Source: Callorhinchus milii
Taxonomy: Eukaryota
Length of the DNA stretch: 64,000 bases
Reading direction: 5' to 3'
Assembly: GCF_018977255.1 (NCBI RefSeq)
Contig: NW_024704743.1
Span: forward strand, 20,958,001-21,022,000
In this document: positions 1-11,830 of the stretch, piece by piece
Layout: each line of letters opens with the position of its first letter
Numbering within the stretch: position 1 is the stretch's first letter
Position numbers and translations under genes: made by a program
Notes under the pieces: model-generated
What the model saw: only the letters and a program-made list of their open reading frames with translations
The model's database searches: none
Told to the model about the DNA's origin: nothing

Positions 1-330
1 ACTCAGCCACCTGCATCTTTTACTGCATAAACATTTGTATGATTATCAACCCTGTCCTCACCAGCTTCACTGATTTCCCGTGGATTGACTTTAAGATCCT
101 CACTCCCTCTCCTACAAACGTTTTCATGTCCTTACCTCTCCCTTGCCACCTATCTCTGTAATCTTGTTCAGCCTCACTCTTCTGCTCACTCCTGCACTCA
201 GTAAATTGAGGCCTACTACACATTCCTAACATCCTCTTCTCCACCATCAGCAGCCGAGCTTTGAGCTATATGCCTTCACCCTCTGGAAGTCCCACCTCAA
301 CCACCCCATCTCGCCTCTCATTATCTATCT
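1..330 (+). mobile_element. Old L2 LINE 3' relic
   Basis: Degenerate match to the L2 ORF2 3' region of younger copies in this window (gattgactttaagatcctcactc, ccaccatcagcagccgagctttgagc, ctctggaa). Confidence 0.7.
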
Positions 331-1127
331 TCAAGGGGTTCTAGTTGCCTCATTGCTCATCATGTTAAAAAGCTGTGAGACAGCAATAAACAAAGCAAAA
401 GCAGGCTGAATATAAATATATTTTGCCAACAACAATCTGACAGGTACCAATAGCTCTATGAGACAAATACATTTTACCAAATCCGCTTTCTCACCTCAAA
501 TACAGACAGTAAACTGTACCAATTCTACAAGATCAATTGGTTTCAAAGCCACACTTAATTTAAAAAGAGAAATTCTGTTGAACATTGAATGGAACTTTTT
601 AGAAGCCTTGTGCAACTGTGAAATTCAGTTGAACAGAATTGTCAAAAAAAAGTTTTCTAAATAAATAATGATAATAATCGTTCCAATAGATATAGCGCCC
701 TATCACGTCATTGAGACATCTCAAAGCGCTTCATAGAATATACTGTAAAGTGAATTGACTGTATATTGTGTAAGCTTTGATGACCTGATTGGCACAACTG
801 GCGCATAGCCTTTTTGCCATACAATATTTAACAGAGAATGTTTTGCCAGTGGAAACACAGCTGGTGTACAATGTAACTGGAGCATCTTTTCAGCATGTGC
901 CAATGATTGTATTTGAAACCTGAATGGTGTCAGTGTTTGTTAATTCTCAAATGACCAGCTTTTTAGTCAATTGCCATGGGATTTGTGCTTCTAAACAGTT
1001 CGACAACCAGGCTTTCAGCATAGATTGACTCTGAGCGATGTTTCAGAGGGTTAGCCTGAGAGACATCTGGGTAACGTCAGGATTCATTACGTACATATCA
1101 AATTGCAAATATTGCAGATTACTCCCA

Positions 1128-1495
1128 AATAATATTCCTTACATTTGATATAGTGCTTTCACATTGGGAGAACATTTCAAAGTGCTTCACAGGATATAAT
1201 AATAATACTGTGAAGTGTAATGACTGTATATTTTGTAGGTAAATGCTGCAGCCAATTTGAACAGAGCTATATCCCATGAGCAGTCCTGGAGTGAATGACC
1301 AATTTGGGGGGATTATTGGCTAGAACACTGGGACAGTCTCCTTTCTCTATTCAAATAGTACGATGGAATCTTTGATGTCCACCTGATCAAGTAGACAGGA
1401 CCTTGATTTGACATCTCAAGTGAAGGACGGCACCTCCAACAATGCAATACGTGCAGCACTGAAGTGAAGTGTCAGCCTAGTTCAAAGTCCCAATG
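1128..1495 (-). mobile_element. Deu-domain tRNA SINE (family A), degraded
   Basis: Reverse-strand Deu core (gatgtccacctga...gacggcacctccaacaatgca) and L2-type tail. Confidence 0.8.
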
Positions 1496-1989
1496 AAGGA
1501 CGAAGATTAAATCAGCTATTTTCAGTTCGAGAAGCATGAATCTGAAAAATATAAAAAAATATATAAAAATCTTAGATTTAGCTTCTAGGGGTGTGTGATT
1601 AACATATTCCAATCACTTTTCTTTTTTTATGACAAAATATGCTGTAAATCTTCCCCTAGACATAATGCAAACTATGTCCAGTCATCACTGTATAAGTTAC
1701 TACTTTTCACCAATGTCTGCATTGCATTGGTATTTAATATAAAGTGATGATATAAATTATTCAGCAAACATTATGTATCATGACAAATATTACTCTTTTG
1801 AATTAACTCTCTCAAATTGCTGTGTGTAAAAGGTGCATAGGTATTAGCAAAGAAGCATTTTGTAAATGTTGACTTCAATTGAGTGGTTGCCTCATTAATT
1901 CCTTTTGTACTTGGTGGTGTGGGTGGGGAGTCTGGCAGGTTCGCAGTACTCCAGGGCACTGGTGATGACAAACTAGGGAGCCTGGCTCA

Positions 1990-2240
1990 TCGGCAGGATG
2001 TGGATTCCACCATCGGTGGTCATGCTTTCAGCCCTACACCCCGAAACTCTGGAACACTATTCCTCTCCCCCTGCCTTGCCGCTTCCTTCCCCATCTTCAG
2101 ATCACACGTGAAAACCCTCCTATTCGACCGTGCCTATGGGTCACCTCCCCGCTCCCCAGCATTGTGCTCTGCCACTGCCAAGTATTCTGGGACACTGCTC
2201 TGCATGAGGGGTGCGGAACAAGTGCAAGATGTTATTGCAA
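1990..2240 (+). mobile_element. L2 LINE 3' end fragment
   Basis: ORF text STIGGHAFS... and ctctggaac...aaaaccctcctattcgac match the L2 C-terminus; ends in an aagtgcaag tail. Confidence 0.75.
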
Positions 2241-2289
2241 TTGAGAGAGACAGATTGGGAGCAGGTATTCTATTAATGATGCAAGCAAA

Positions 2290-2550
2290 ATCCCTAGTGA
2301 TCCAAGTTGGACAAGCAGTGGGAAGATTGACAGACAGGACTCTCAATGGCAAGCTATGTGGTTTTAGCTGGTTAAACTCCAGCAGTTTCTCTAATGTACA
2401 CTCTGGGGTCTCCAAACCTTGGCTCTTGCTAACCGGTGCCTAATATTTTCCAAAATTAAGAAACAGAGGGAGCATCCCTCCAGGAGAGAGTGCACATTCC
2501 ATTCCAGACACAGGGAAATGTCCATGTCTAGGTGCCATTCATATGTGGAA
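2290..2550 (+). repeat. Unclassified old interspersed repeat (family U)
   Basis: Shares blocks (aagttggacaag, ctatgtggttt.ag.tggttaaactc, gcatccctccagg) with 58330-58550 (-), 16440-16660 (+) and 46120-46270 (-). Confidence 0.6.
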
Positions 2551-3743
2551 CTCTGCCCTGTTTGGAAGCACTTAAGCAAGGTCATGAGTTTTTGCCAGAA
2601 CAAAACAAATTACAACCTTGTAGATTGTACATGTCAATTAATCTTATATATTCAGTTTTGTAACATGATGATAATAGTTAACATCATAAAATGTATTGCA
2701 TTTCCAAAGTTTTTCAAACTTTTAACCAATTTATCAGAGAATCTATTATGTCAAAACAATTGTTGATTTGTTGACACTGAGGAAGAGGTGAACAAAGTTG
2801 CAAATATTCAATCAGATTTATTAAATTACGATGTTAATAAAAGCAATTCATTTTAGTTGTTTCGTTTATGTTCTTGATTATTTTTTCGCTAGAAGAATTC
2901 TAGACATAAATTATTTATCATCTATAGAGAAATTGTGAATAAATATTGAACAGCGCTCCAAAATAGAGCTACAGAACAGAGCTGCAAAATAATTTGCTAC
3001 AAAAACAATGTATAGAGAGTAATCTGCAACATTTACAAATTCTCTGTCATAACTTTAGAATTGAATTTTGGAAACATGTCCATAAATTCACATGGATGGC
3101 ATGTCACGCCTTGGCAGAATTACAGAAAGTATATACGAGTTGACTATTAGTTTCTGAAAGAAGCAGAAACAGACATTGAAACAAATGGTTGTAATGGCAG
3201 GTTAATATTTCCAAAGTCACTTTTGCTTCACTAATACACTCCTTATAATAATAAAGTACAGTTTCAGAACAATGCCATTCAGAATAGGAAGTGAGTTCCA
3301 TGTTTTTATTAGAAAACTTTTATTTGGACAAGTTGGGTAAATTAATTCAAACAAAATAGTCACTTATGATATTGAAGCTGTTAACACAGTAAATGGCTTT
3401 GGAACCCTAAAGGATATTATCTTTAAAAATTGGTTTCCCCACTCCATTGCACCATGATTTTGTTCAATCTACAGTATTTGTTAGAACAACAGGAGTGACC
3501 TTGATCTTGCAAATTCATCTGGTTTCATAAAATTACGCAACATTCAGTTACGTTCCAGTACTTTTTCAAAAACACCCAAGGGTATTGGACTGTTGTTTGC
3601 TCTGTCAGTCATTAAAGGTCACTTGTGCATTTAGGTTACACCAGTGCATGAAAAATGTCATTGAGAAAAGAACGACACAGAGCCAAATAAAAATGGTGGA
3701 GGCTAGATGGCAGAATGTGTTAGAAAAACATCCATTTCATACT

Positions 3744-3858
3744 TGTTTGAAAATCTTTGTTCAAAATCTGTCCTAAAGAAAATACTAAGGAACAGGAAAA
3801 GCAATCAATTTCCTGAGTATTTTCTTCAGGACAGATTTTGAACAAAGATTTTCAAACA
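3744..3858. repeat. Inverted repeat, 49-bp arms, 17-nt spacer
   Basis: 3744-3792 is the reverse complement of 3810-3858 with 2 mismatches. Confidence 0.95.
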
Positions 3859-4049
3859 GATATAGGAGTGACCTGTATATTACATCCTCGCAGGAAGTGC
3901 CTCAATGATTTAATATGTTCTACAAGAGAAGGTAATCCACAGGACTGAACTGAGGGTGAAGACAGCTGTCAGCTATGGAAAGGAAACTGGCTTAAATATT
4001 TAAAGGAAACATAGTTAATACCATAAACCCCACTGAGCCTGCTAGCTGT

Positions 4050-4300
4050 AGTTAATACTTGCATTGATATAGTGATTTTCATGATGGGAGGGTGTCTCAA
4101 AGTGCTTCACAGAATGCCGCACAAACTAGTCATCCATTTTCCCTGGGAGATTGTTGGCCACAACAGCAGTAGAAACTCTCTTCTCTTTAGAAAACGTGCT
4201 GTGAGATCTGTAACGTACAGGCAAATGGGACCTCGATTTAACGTCTTATCCAAAGGGCAGCAGCTCCCCCAGCACATTATTGGAGTGTCAGCCTAGATTG
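4050..4300 (-). mobile_element. Family A Deu SINE fragment
   Basis: Tail ttgcattgatatag plus Deu core gacctcgatttaacgtcttatccaaag. Confidence 0.7.
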
Positions 4301-5842
4301 AATTGATTTATGGGAATGATTATTATTCAAAGATTTTATTTTGAAAATATTAGCTGAATTAGTTTTGACAGCATAATATTGAACAAACTAATACATAGGC
4401 AACTGCAAAACATTTATATATTTCTTATCATCTGCAGAGAAACAGAACTGCCAAGGATTGTGTACATCACTATCTAATTTAATAAGAGGTGGCAGTCCTC
4501 TGCTGATGTTTCTAAATGAAAATCTTCAGACAAGGCAGTTGGATTATAATGTGGATAAATTAAAGGTAATGAATAATGGAAGCCAGGCAGTTTTATACAA
4601 TAAAGTAGTATCCACTAGGAAAGGTGGAAAAAGAATAAATTTAAGGAATGATTATTGACGTTTATCGAAAGGTTTCAGCTGGGGCCAAGGTGTTACAAGT
4701 TAAAAATCACCCAACAAGGTATATCTTGCAGATATCACAAATACAGATGATAAGAAGGCATAGGATGAGAAGGAAATATTCATCCCATCAAATCCCACCC
4801 CTGTAATGGACTCCACCTCAACCATTCAATCTGTTTGAGGAATATTATGCAGTTACTCCCTCATCCCAGAAGGTTATCAAACAAAACCTACAGAAGATTT
4901 ATTTTCCTCATATCAACACGATTTACCCTGACCCACTTATATTCTAGTCATAGAATGATATAATGATAGATATCACACAGAAAGGAGGCAATTCAGCCCA
5001 TCAAGTCGTTGGGAGCTACCTACTCGTGCACAAAATACACAGTAAATTCACTTTACAATATATCATGTGAATCACTTTAATACGTCTCAATAACATGATG
5101 AGGCACTAGATCAAATGCAAGAATTAGTATTACCCTAATGCGTTCCTCTGCTCTTTCCTGATAAAGACAAGTTTACCCCCTGTTCTGCAGCAGCTCAGAA
5201 TTAATTCCGTCCTGTTAAACACTTGCTCACCTCAGTCTATATCTATCCTTATATATTCCAGTAATCTTCCCAAGCAGAAGCATCCACTTAATTTTGTAAA
5301 GAAGTTAACTGATGCAGCATCAATGGATTTTTGGCATGTGTTCCACATAACTATCACCATGTAAGAAGAAATATTTCTAAATTCTATTAATGCTTGAGGC
5401 TTTTTAAATTTTATACCTATGCCCTCTTAATCTTATTCTGTTTTTATGGTTTATGTCAAGGAGCTTCATGCAAAGCTTTTAATAATTTAAAGATCTGAAT
5501 CATATACTGTCTGAATTGACAACGGATTCAATCCTGAATTTCTCCTCAGACCTAAGAAATTCCAGAATAATCCAAATTATTCTTCTCTGGACTCTCTACA
5601 ATGCTTCAATGGCCTTTTGAAAGTGGGTGTAGTGTATATTTTATTATTAATTATATTCTTACTTGTTTTGAGTATTGTGGTAACACTTGTTACCAGTCCT
5701 CCAGTCTTCAAGTACAGCTCCGAATGTTTATGGGGTTGCTAAAAATATTAACCAAAATCTCACCTGTTTCCTCCCACATATTCTTAAGGGTCCTAAGTCA
5801 TATCCCGTCTGACCTGTTTATGTTGACATAATAATAAATTAT

Positions 5843-6395
5843 TAATCCTTGCATTTAATATAGCACCTTGTTATGTAATCAGAATACTTCACAGGATTTA
5901 CTGTAAAGTGTAGTGACTATAATCTATGGATGAATAGGGCAGGTAATATAGCTACAGCAATGTTCCACAAAGCAATTAAGTGAATGACCAATTTTATCAG
6001 AAACAAAACCTTCTGATGAAAGGTCGTGGACCTGAAACGTTTACTCACTTTCCTTTCTCCATGGATGCTGCCTGACCTGCTGAGTGTTCTCAGCCACTTC
6101 TGTTTTTGTTTCAGATTTCCAGCTTCTACAGTATTTTGCGTTTTGACCAATTTTATCTGTCCAGGACAACCGGAGAAACGCCCTTCACTTTTTGAATTGT
6201 GCTATGGGACCTTTAACATTGATCTGACTAGGCAGATGGGACTTCGGTTCAATGTCTCATCCAAAGAACAACACCTCTAATGATGCAGCACTTCCCCAGC
6301 ACTGGAATGGAGTGTCAGGTTAATTGATGAGCTCAAAATCCCAGCATGGGGCTTGAACCCACAACCTTCTGATTCAGAAGTGAGAGCATCACCAC
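5843..6395 (-). mobile_element. Family A Deu SINE interrupted by a 145-bp insertion
   Basis: Tail at 5843, Deu core 6160-6320, tRNA head (cttgaacccacaaccttctgattcagaag) at 6350-6395. Confidence 0.85.
5999..6143 (+). mobile_element. Short Penelope-like (PLE-derived) element with minimal hammerhead core
   Basis: Flanked by perfect 14-bp direct repeats tgaccaattttatc (5985-5998, 6144-6157); contains CTGATGA-a-AGGTC-gtg-GACCT-GAAAC-GTT at 6013-6041. Confidence 0.75.
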
Positions 6396-6669
6396 TTTGC
6401 ATCTTGCAGATATTTAATTCTTCAAGTTTCTTCATACTTGCAGTACTGATGTCTACGTGTGTTTGAAAAATCCTGAGGCCAATCTACTGAATCTGAAATT
6501 TGACCACAGTCTTCATTTATGAAAACTGATGTGACAAATGTATTCAATACAGTTGTCATCTCTTGATCATTTTATTGTCTCTTTGTATCTGCCTTCAACA
6601 TGATGTCTATGGCTAATATAAAACCAAATCTTTGGAAGTATATACAATTGTGCTACATATTGTGAAAAG

Positions 6670-7235
6670 AAATTGGTCACTAAATCCACGACTGTTTATG
6701 GGACACTGCTGTATGTGATTGGCTGCCGTGTTTTGCCCACAAAATATACTGTCAATTCACTTTACAGTATATTCTGTGAAGTGCTTTGAGACGTTTCAAA
6801 TACATGATAAGGCGCAATAGCAAATGCAAGGTTATTATTATTATTATTAATCCACTTGCTGCTACCTGCAATATGCTTTGTATTGCGCTCTTCCATTAAA
6901 TAATTCCTTCAATATAAACTAAAGATAAATTGGTCACTGAATCCACGACTGTTTGTGGGGCACTGCTGTGCTCAATTCGATGCCGCATATCACCCATAAA
7001 ATACGCATCACCCACTTTGCAATATATTCTATAAAGCACTTTGAGACATCTCAAATGATGCGATAAGGCGCTATATCAAATGCAAGGATTATTATATTTA
7101 TTATTAGCTCTAGTGTGCATATTTGATTATAGTAATAATCCTTGCATTTGATATAACCCTTTTCACATCTTCTAGATGTCTCAAAGCACTTCACAGAATA
7201 AACTGTAAAGTGAATTGACTGTATATTTGTGGGCG
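6670..7235. mobile_element. Cluster of three family B SINE 3' halves (6670-6848 +, 6925-7105 +, 7133-7235 -)
   Basis: Repeated aattggtcact...gtcaattcactttacag...tgcaaggattattatt. Confidence 0.85.
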
Positions 7236-7689
7236 AGAGTATTTCATATTTAATATTATTACATATCTATTTGAGGATTCAATAATGCCACCATTAAACA
7301 CAGTATTAGAGTTTGCCCATGCATCAGTGATCCATCCTGGATGCCTTTTTGGGGTGTTCAAAAAGAATTAGAGCAAATCATGCACACAAAATGTGGGCAT
7401 TCTGTGTGGAGCTGAGATCTTGGCATGGACATTTTCCCTTTGGCATTGCATACCATCTGGACATTCATTCAGTAAAAGCCTTTTCTGTTCAAATATGCTG
7501 TTAAAGTTCAATATGAATTGCAAATTTTGTAATAATTGTGTGCAAATTGCAGTGTTTCTTAACTGAATTGCTCAACAATATCCATAATTATAAACTGGCA
7601 TTCCTTTCAGTAACTGGACGTATGTCATGCTGCATCCCCCCAGAAATCTACACTGTCACTGTGCTCTTCTCACAGTTACAAGAAGCAGT

Positions 7690-8010
7690 GCTGGTAGAGC
7701 ACTGTGTTGTCAGAGGTGCCATCCTTTGGATGAAATGTTAATCTGAGTTCCCGTCTGTTTGTTCAGATGGACAGTAAAGATCTCATGGCACTAGTTGAAA
7801 ACAGAAAGGAATTTCTTCTGATGTCTTGGTCAACAATCCCCCAAATCGAATTAACTATTCCCTTCACGGATTTTTGTGCGACATTTCTGCATGCAAATTG
7901 GCTGCAGCATTCAAACATACAGTCACTACACTTTACAATAAACCCCATTAAGCACGTTGAGACATTCCAAAGAAGTGCTACATCAAACGCAAGGAATATT
8001 ATTATCATTG
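7690..8010 (+). mobile_element. Family A Deu SINE
   Basis: agaggtgccatcctttggatgaaatgttaa...aagatctcatggcacta...aattggctgc, then tail. Confidence 0.85.
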
Positions 8011-9320
8011 ATGATAGCTGAGTCATTGCCATTGGATGCGCTGCATGGATGCTTGGACTATTAATTGATCGGTTGGTTCAGCTCTTTAGTGGAATTTTTG
8101 AATTTACTGCATTACTTCATTGCTTCTTCAACTAAATTCATATGTTGTAAAGTGGCTGAAAAGCTTCTCCTATTTCTAAAACAGTGGCCTTGCTTCTTTT
8201 AGGAAAGAATAGAATTGTTCAGAAATAATGCAATTTGACCCCTAGATTTTTTCCCCCTTTGGTTCCATTGAATATACATTGCTTTCTCAGAAATATATTA
8301 TTAACTATCTCTCTTCAGTATACTTTTTAACGAAAATATACAGTTATCATTCCTCTCCAATGCTTCCAATACTAAAAATGAGAGAGTCTGCATAAATGAA
8401 CAGTGCTAATTACAGAAACAACTGGGAATGATCATTACTATTCAAATAACATAGTAGTTGTCAATGCTGTGACCCAATCGAACAAGCTCTCATTCACATT
8501 GGAGTAAACAAATTGTGCCAAGTTTATCTGAACAAGTAGGTAGGACTTCAACTTAACATCTCATTTGAAGAAAGCACCTCAAAAAATGCAGCGATCCCAC
8601 TTGAAATCATCTTATGAATAAAGAATGACATTAGCAGCTCATTTCCTCCGCTAAGGCCTGCGGAAATGGTTTCTTTTTAAAGATATTATAAACTTGTCCA
8701 TGTCACTTCAGTGTTATTTTTTCACCTGACTGATCTTGTCCTCTCCAATTTAAGTTATAAGTTTCTGATTTAGACGCTTTCTACTTGTTCACACCTTCAG
8801 AATCTTAGGACCAATACAATGGCATAATAAAAATATATATTGTTGTACTCTTGCTGTCACCACTGATAGAATTTACTTCTAAACTTCTGCTTTTCTACAT
8901 TGTAATGTCATTCTTAATGGATGCTTTCAACCTGCTGTGCCTCAAAACATGAATCTGTAGCCAAAATTTACATTCCCAAATGGAGACAGGAGGAAATATC
9001 AGCTGGTAAACCATCTAGACCAGAAGGATGTAAGTTAAAGCACCACTTGAGTTCGTAGTCCAGCCTGACACATGAATGTCATCCTTTGGTGAAGACAAAT
9101 TAATCAAAACACTTTTTTAAAAAAAAACACAAGTTTTTCTGATTCTATTTATTTGAAGGGAACTTAGTGAAGCAGTTTAAGTGAAGTTGAAATGTTATGC
9201 ACCCCCACTCTTGAGCAGAGAGCCCAGCAGCGTGAGGAAGGAACTGAATGAGGGGGAACGAGGTTCATAATTGTAAAATATAATATTTATATTAAAACAA
9301 TATAAACCATGTCTGGGAAT

Positions 9321-10073
9321 ATGGCAGGGCAACTGAGACTGGTTGCATGCACAATGTGTGCCATGTGGGAAGTCCAGGATGCTTTGTGTGCCCTGGACAA
9401 ACATGTGTGTAGGAAGTGCCTCCAGCTGCTCGAGCTTTGAACTGAGGGTTTCTGAGCTCGAGGAGAGGCTCGTGTCACTACATAGCATATGGGAGGCTGA
9501 AGAGTTCATGGATCGAACGTTTCAGGAGGTGGTCACACCACAGCCACAGAGAGTTCAGAAGGACTGTGAGTGGGTGACCACCCGGCATGATAGGAAGAGG
9601 GGACGGGGCAGTGCAGAAATCCCCTGAGAGTGTGGCACTCACAAACCAGTTCTCTGTCCTGAATACCGGTCAGGGTGATGACACCTCTGGGGAGAGGAGT
9701 CAAAGCAAATTGAAAAAAAGCAGAAGTTGTGGTCCATGTTGGGAACTATGACGTAGGGGAAAAAAATGGCTGAGATCCTACAGGGAGAGCGTCACAAGCT
9801 AGGGAAACAGCTAAAGAGTAGGACCTCAAAGGTGGTGATCTCTGCATCACTCCCAGTGCCTCGTGCAAGTGAGTATCAAAACAGCAGGATCAAACACATG
9901 AATGCATGGCTGGAGAAATGGTGCAAAAAGGAGGGCTTCAGGTTCCTGGATCATTGGGACCAGATCTGGGGCAGGTGGGCCTGTACAAGGTGGATGTGTT
10001 ACACCTGAATAGGGCTGGCACCAATCTCCTTGCATGGAGGTTAACTAGTGTTGTGGGGAAGGGTTTAAACTAA
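9321..10073 (+). pseudogene. CR1 LINE ORF1 remnant (zinc-finger/coiled-coil N-terminus plus partial SGNH esterase)
   Basis: CxxC-MW...CRKC...LELRVSELEERL...EVVTP, then VVHVGxxD, SRTSKVVIS..LPVPRASE, MNAWLEKWC.KEGFRFL.HWD, LHLN..GT; frameshifts present; ends at ttaaactaa. Confidence 0.9.
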
Positions 10074-10229
10074 CATTGAGGGGGGAAGGGAATCAGGATG
10101 TAGCATTAGAGAGGATAAACAAGTTGCATAGAGGGCTAGGAGAGACAAATAGCAATGTAATAAGGAGTAATCCAGAAAAAGGAAGGATAAGACGGGGGAG
10201 AAATGCAGAACAGATTAAGTTGGTCTTGG

Positions 10230-10880
10230 AGTACAGGTGCGTAAATGACAAATAAGATTGGTGAGCTGCAAGCTCAAGATGCCACATGGGGTTATGATGT
10301 AGTGACAATAATGGAGACCTGGCTCAAACAAGGGCAGGAATAGGAGCTGGATATTCCTGGTTACAATTGATTCAGGAGGGATAGGGAAGGAAAAAAAAGG
10401 ACTGGGAGGGTGGCAATATTGATTAAAGACACGGGTACGGCCCTGGAAAGCCACAATGTGCTAGAGGGTCCAAAAACAGAATCTATTTGGTTAGAGTTAA
10501 GGAGCAGAAAAGTAGCTGTTACTCTGTTAGGTGTATATTATAGACCACCAAATACTGGGAAGAAGATAGATAAGCAAATCTGCAAGCAGATTTCAGAAAG
10601 ATGCAAAACCAATAGAGTAGTGATAATGGGGGACTTCAATTATCCTAACATAGATTGGCAAAGTGACAGCGTAAAGCAGAAGGATTCCTGAAATGTGTGC
10701 AGGATAACTTTCTGTATCGGTATGTTTCTAGCCCAATGAGGAAGGAAGCAGTGTTGGGTATAATTCTGGGGAATGAAGTGGGGCAGGTTTCAGTAGGAGA
10801 CGCATCTGGTCATCATTAGGTTGAGAGTAATTATTGGAAAGGGACAAGGAGCAATCAAAGGTGAGGAGAGAATGAGGAGA
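10230..10880 (+). pseudogene. CR1 LINE ORF2 endonuclease remnant
   Basis: YDVVTIMETWL, GGVAILIKD, ESIWLEL, GVYYRPPN, VVIMGDFNYPNIDW; stops and frameshifts; no RT downstream. Confidence 0.9.
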
Positions 10881-10954
10881 GGCAATATAAACTACAGCCT
10901 CATATGTTTCAAATCTATCAAACCAAGGTTTGAATACCATTAATAATTACATTT

Positions 10955-11110
10955 CATAGAAGCATACAATCATAGAATTATACAGCACAGAAGGAGGCCA
11001 TTCGGCCCATCGTATCTTTGAAAAGAGCTATTCAATTCAATCCCACTGCCCTGCTCTCTCCCCACAGCCCTGCAAACATGTCTTCCCCCAAATACTTAAG
11101 ATCTTTCTTT
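10955..11110 (-). mobile_element. CR1-type 3' UTR/tail
   Basis: catagaa repeats (reverse complement of the ATTCTATG-like CR1 terminal repeat) followed by gaaggaggccattcggcccatcg. Confidence 0.8.
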
Positions 11111-11214
11111 GGAATATTTTTTGGAAAAAGTATCTATCTTCTTATGTGAAAGATGCTGAAACCACTTCACAACAAGTTTTACTCTTGATTTCAGGTTCAC
11201 TGAGGTTCTATTCA

Positions 11215-11830
11215 TTTGCTTATTGGACACCAAGACAAGAAAGCCATCCTTCTCAGCTCTGACTCCCTCAATCTCCCTGGCTTCTCTCTCATACTCACCA
11301 AAGTACTGTGCAACCTTGGTGTCTGGTTTGATCCTCAGCTCTCCTTCCTACCTCACATTCATTCAGTCCCTGCAATACTGCTTTTCTTCAGCTTTCCCAC
11401 TATCTCACACCAAATGTACTGACATCCTCATTTATGCTTCTGTTACCTCTTGCCTTTCTCAAACTCACTTCTCACCAATCACCATGATTCCACCATCCAT
11501 AATCTCCAGTTGATTCAAACCGCCAGTGGCTGCATCCTCACCACACTAACCTTTGCACATTACCCAGACCTCACCATGATCCACTGGCTCCAATTAGATC
11601 AACTTCCTCATCCTTACCTGTAAATACCTTCACAGCTTAGCACCTCCCTATCTTTGGGATCTTCTCCCCCTCCACTCTTCTGCTTGTCTCTCTACTTGGC
11701 TGATTTGGGCCTGTTGCCTATCTCCATCCCCCTCCAAGCCACCAGCAGTAGCAGAGCCTTCAGCAATGATGCCGCTTGTCTCTGGAACTCCCTCCCTCTA
11801 CCTTCCTCCTTTCACAAATTGGCCATCACG
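11215..11830 (+). mobile_element. Old L2 LINE ORF2 3' relic
   Basis: CNLGVWFDPQLSFLPHI, ASVTS, SSRAFS..A.CLWNSLP. Confidence 0.8.

Noticed and set aside
3894..3931. Possible 38-bp exon (cctcgcag/...AAG/gtaatc)
   Set aside because: Weak pyrimidine tract, not frame-preserving, no recognisable peptide; expected by chance.
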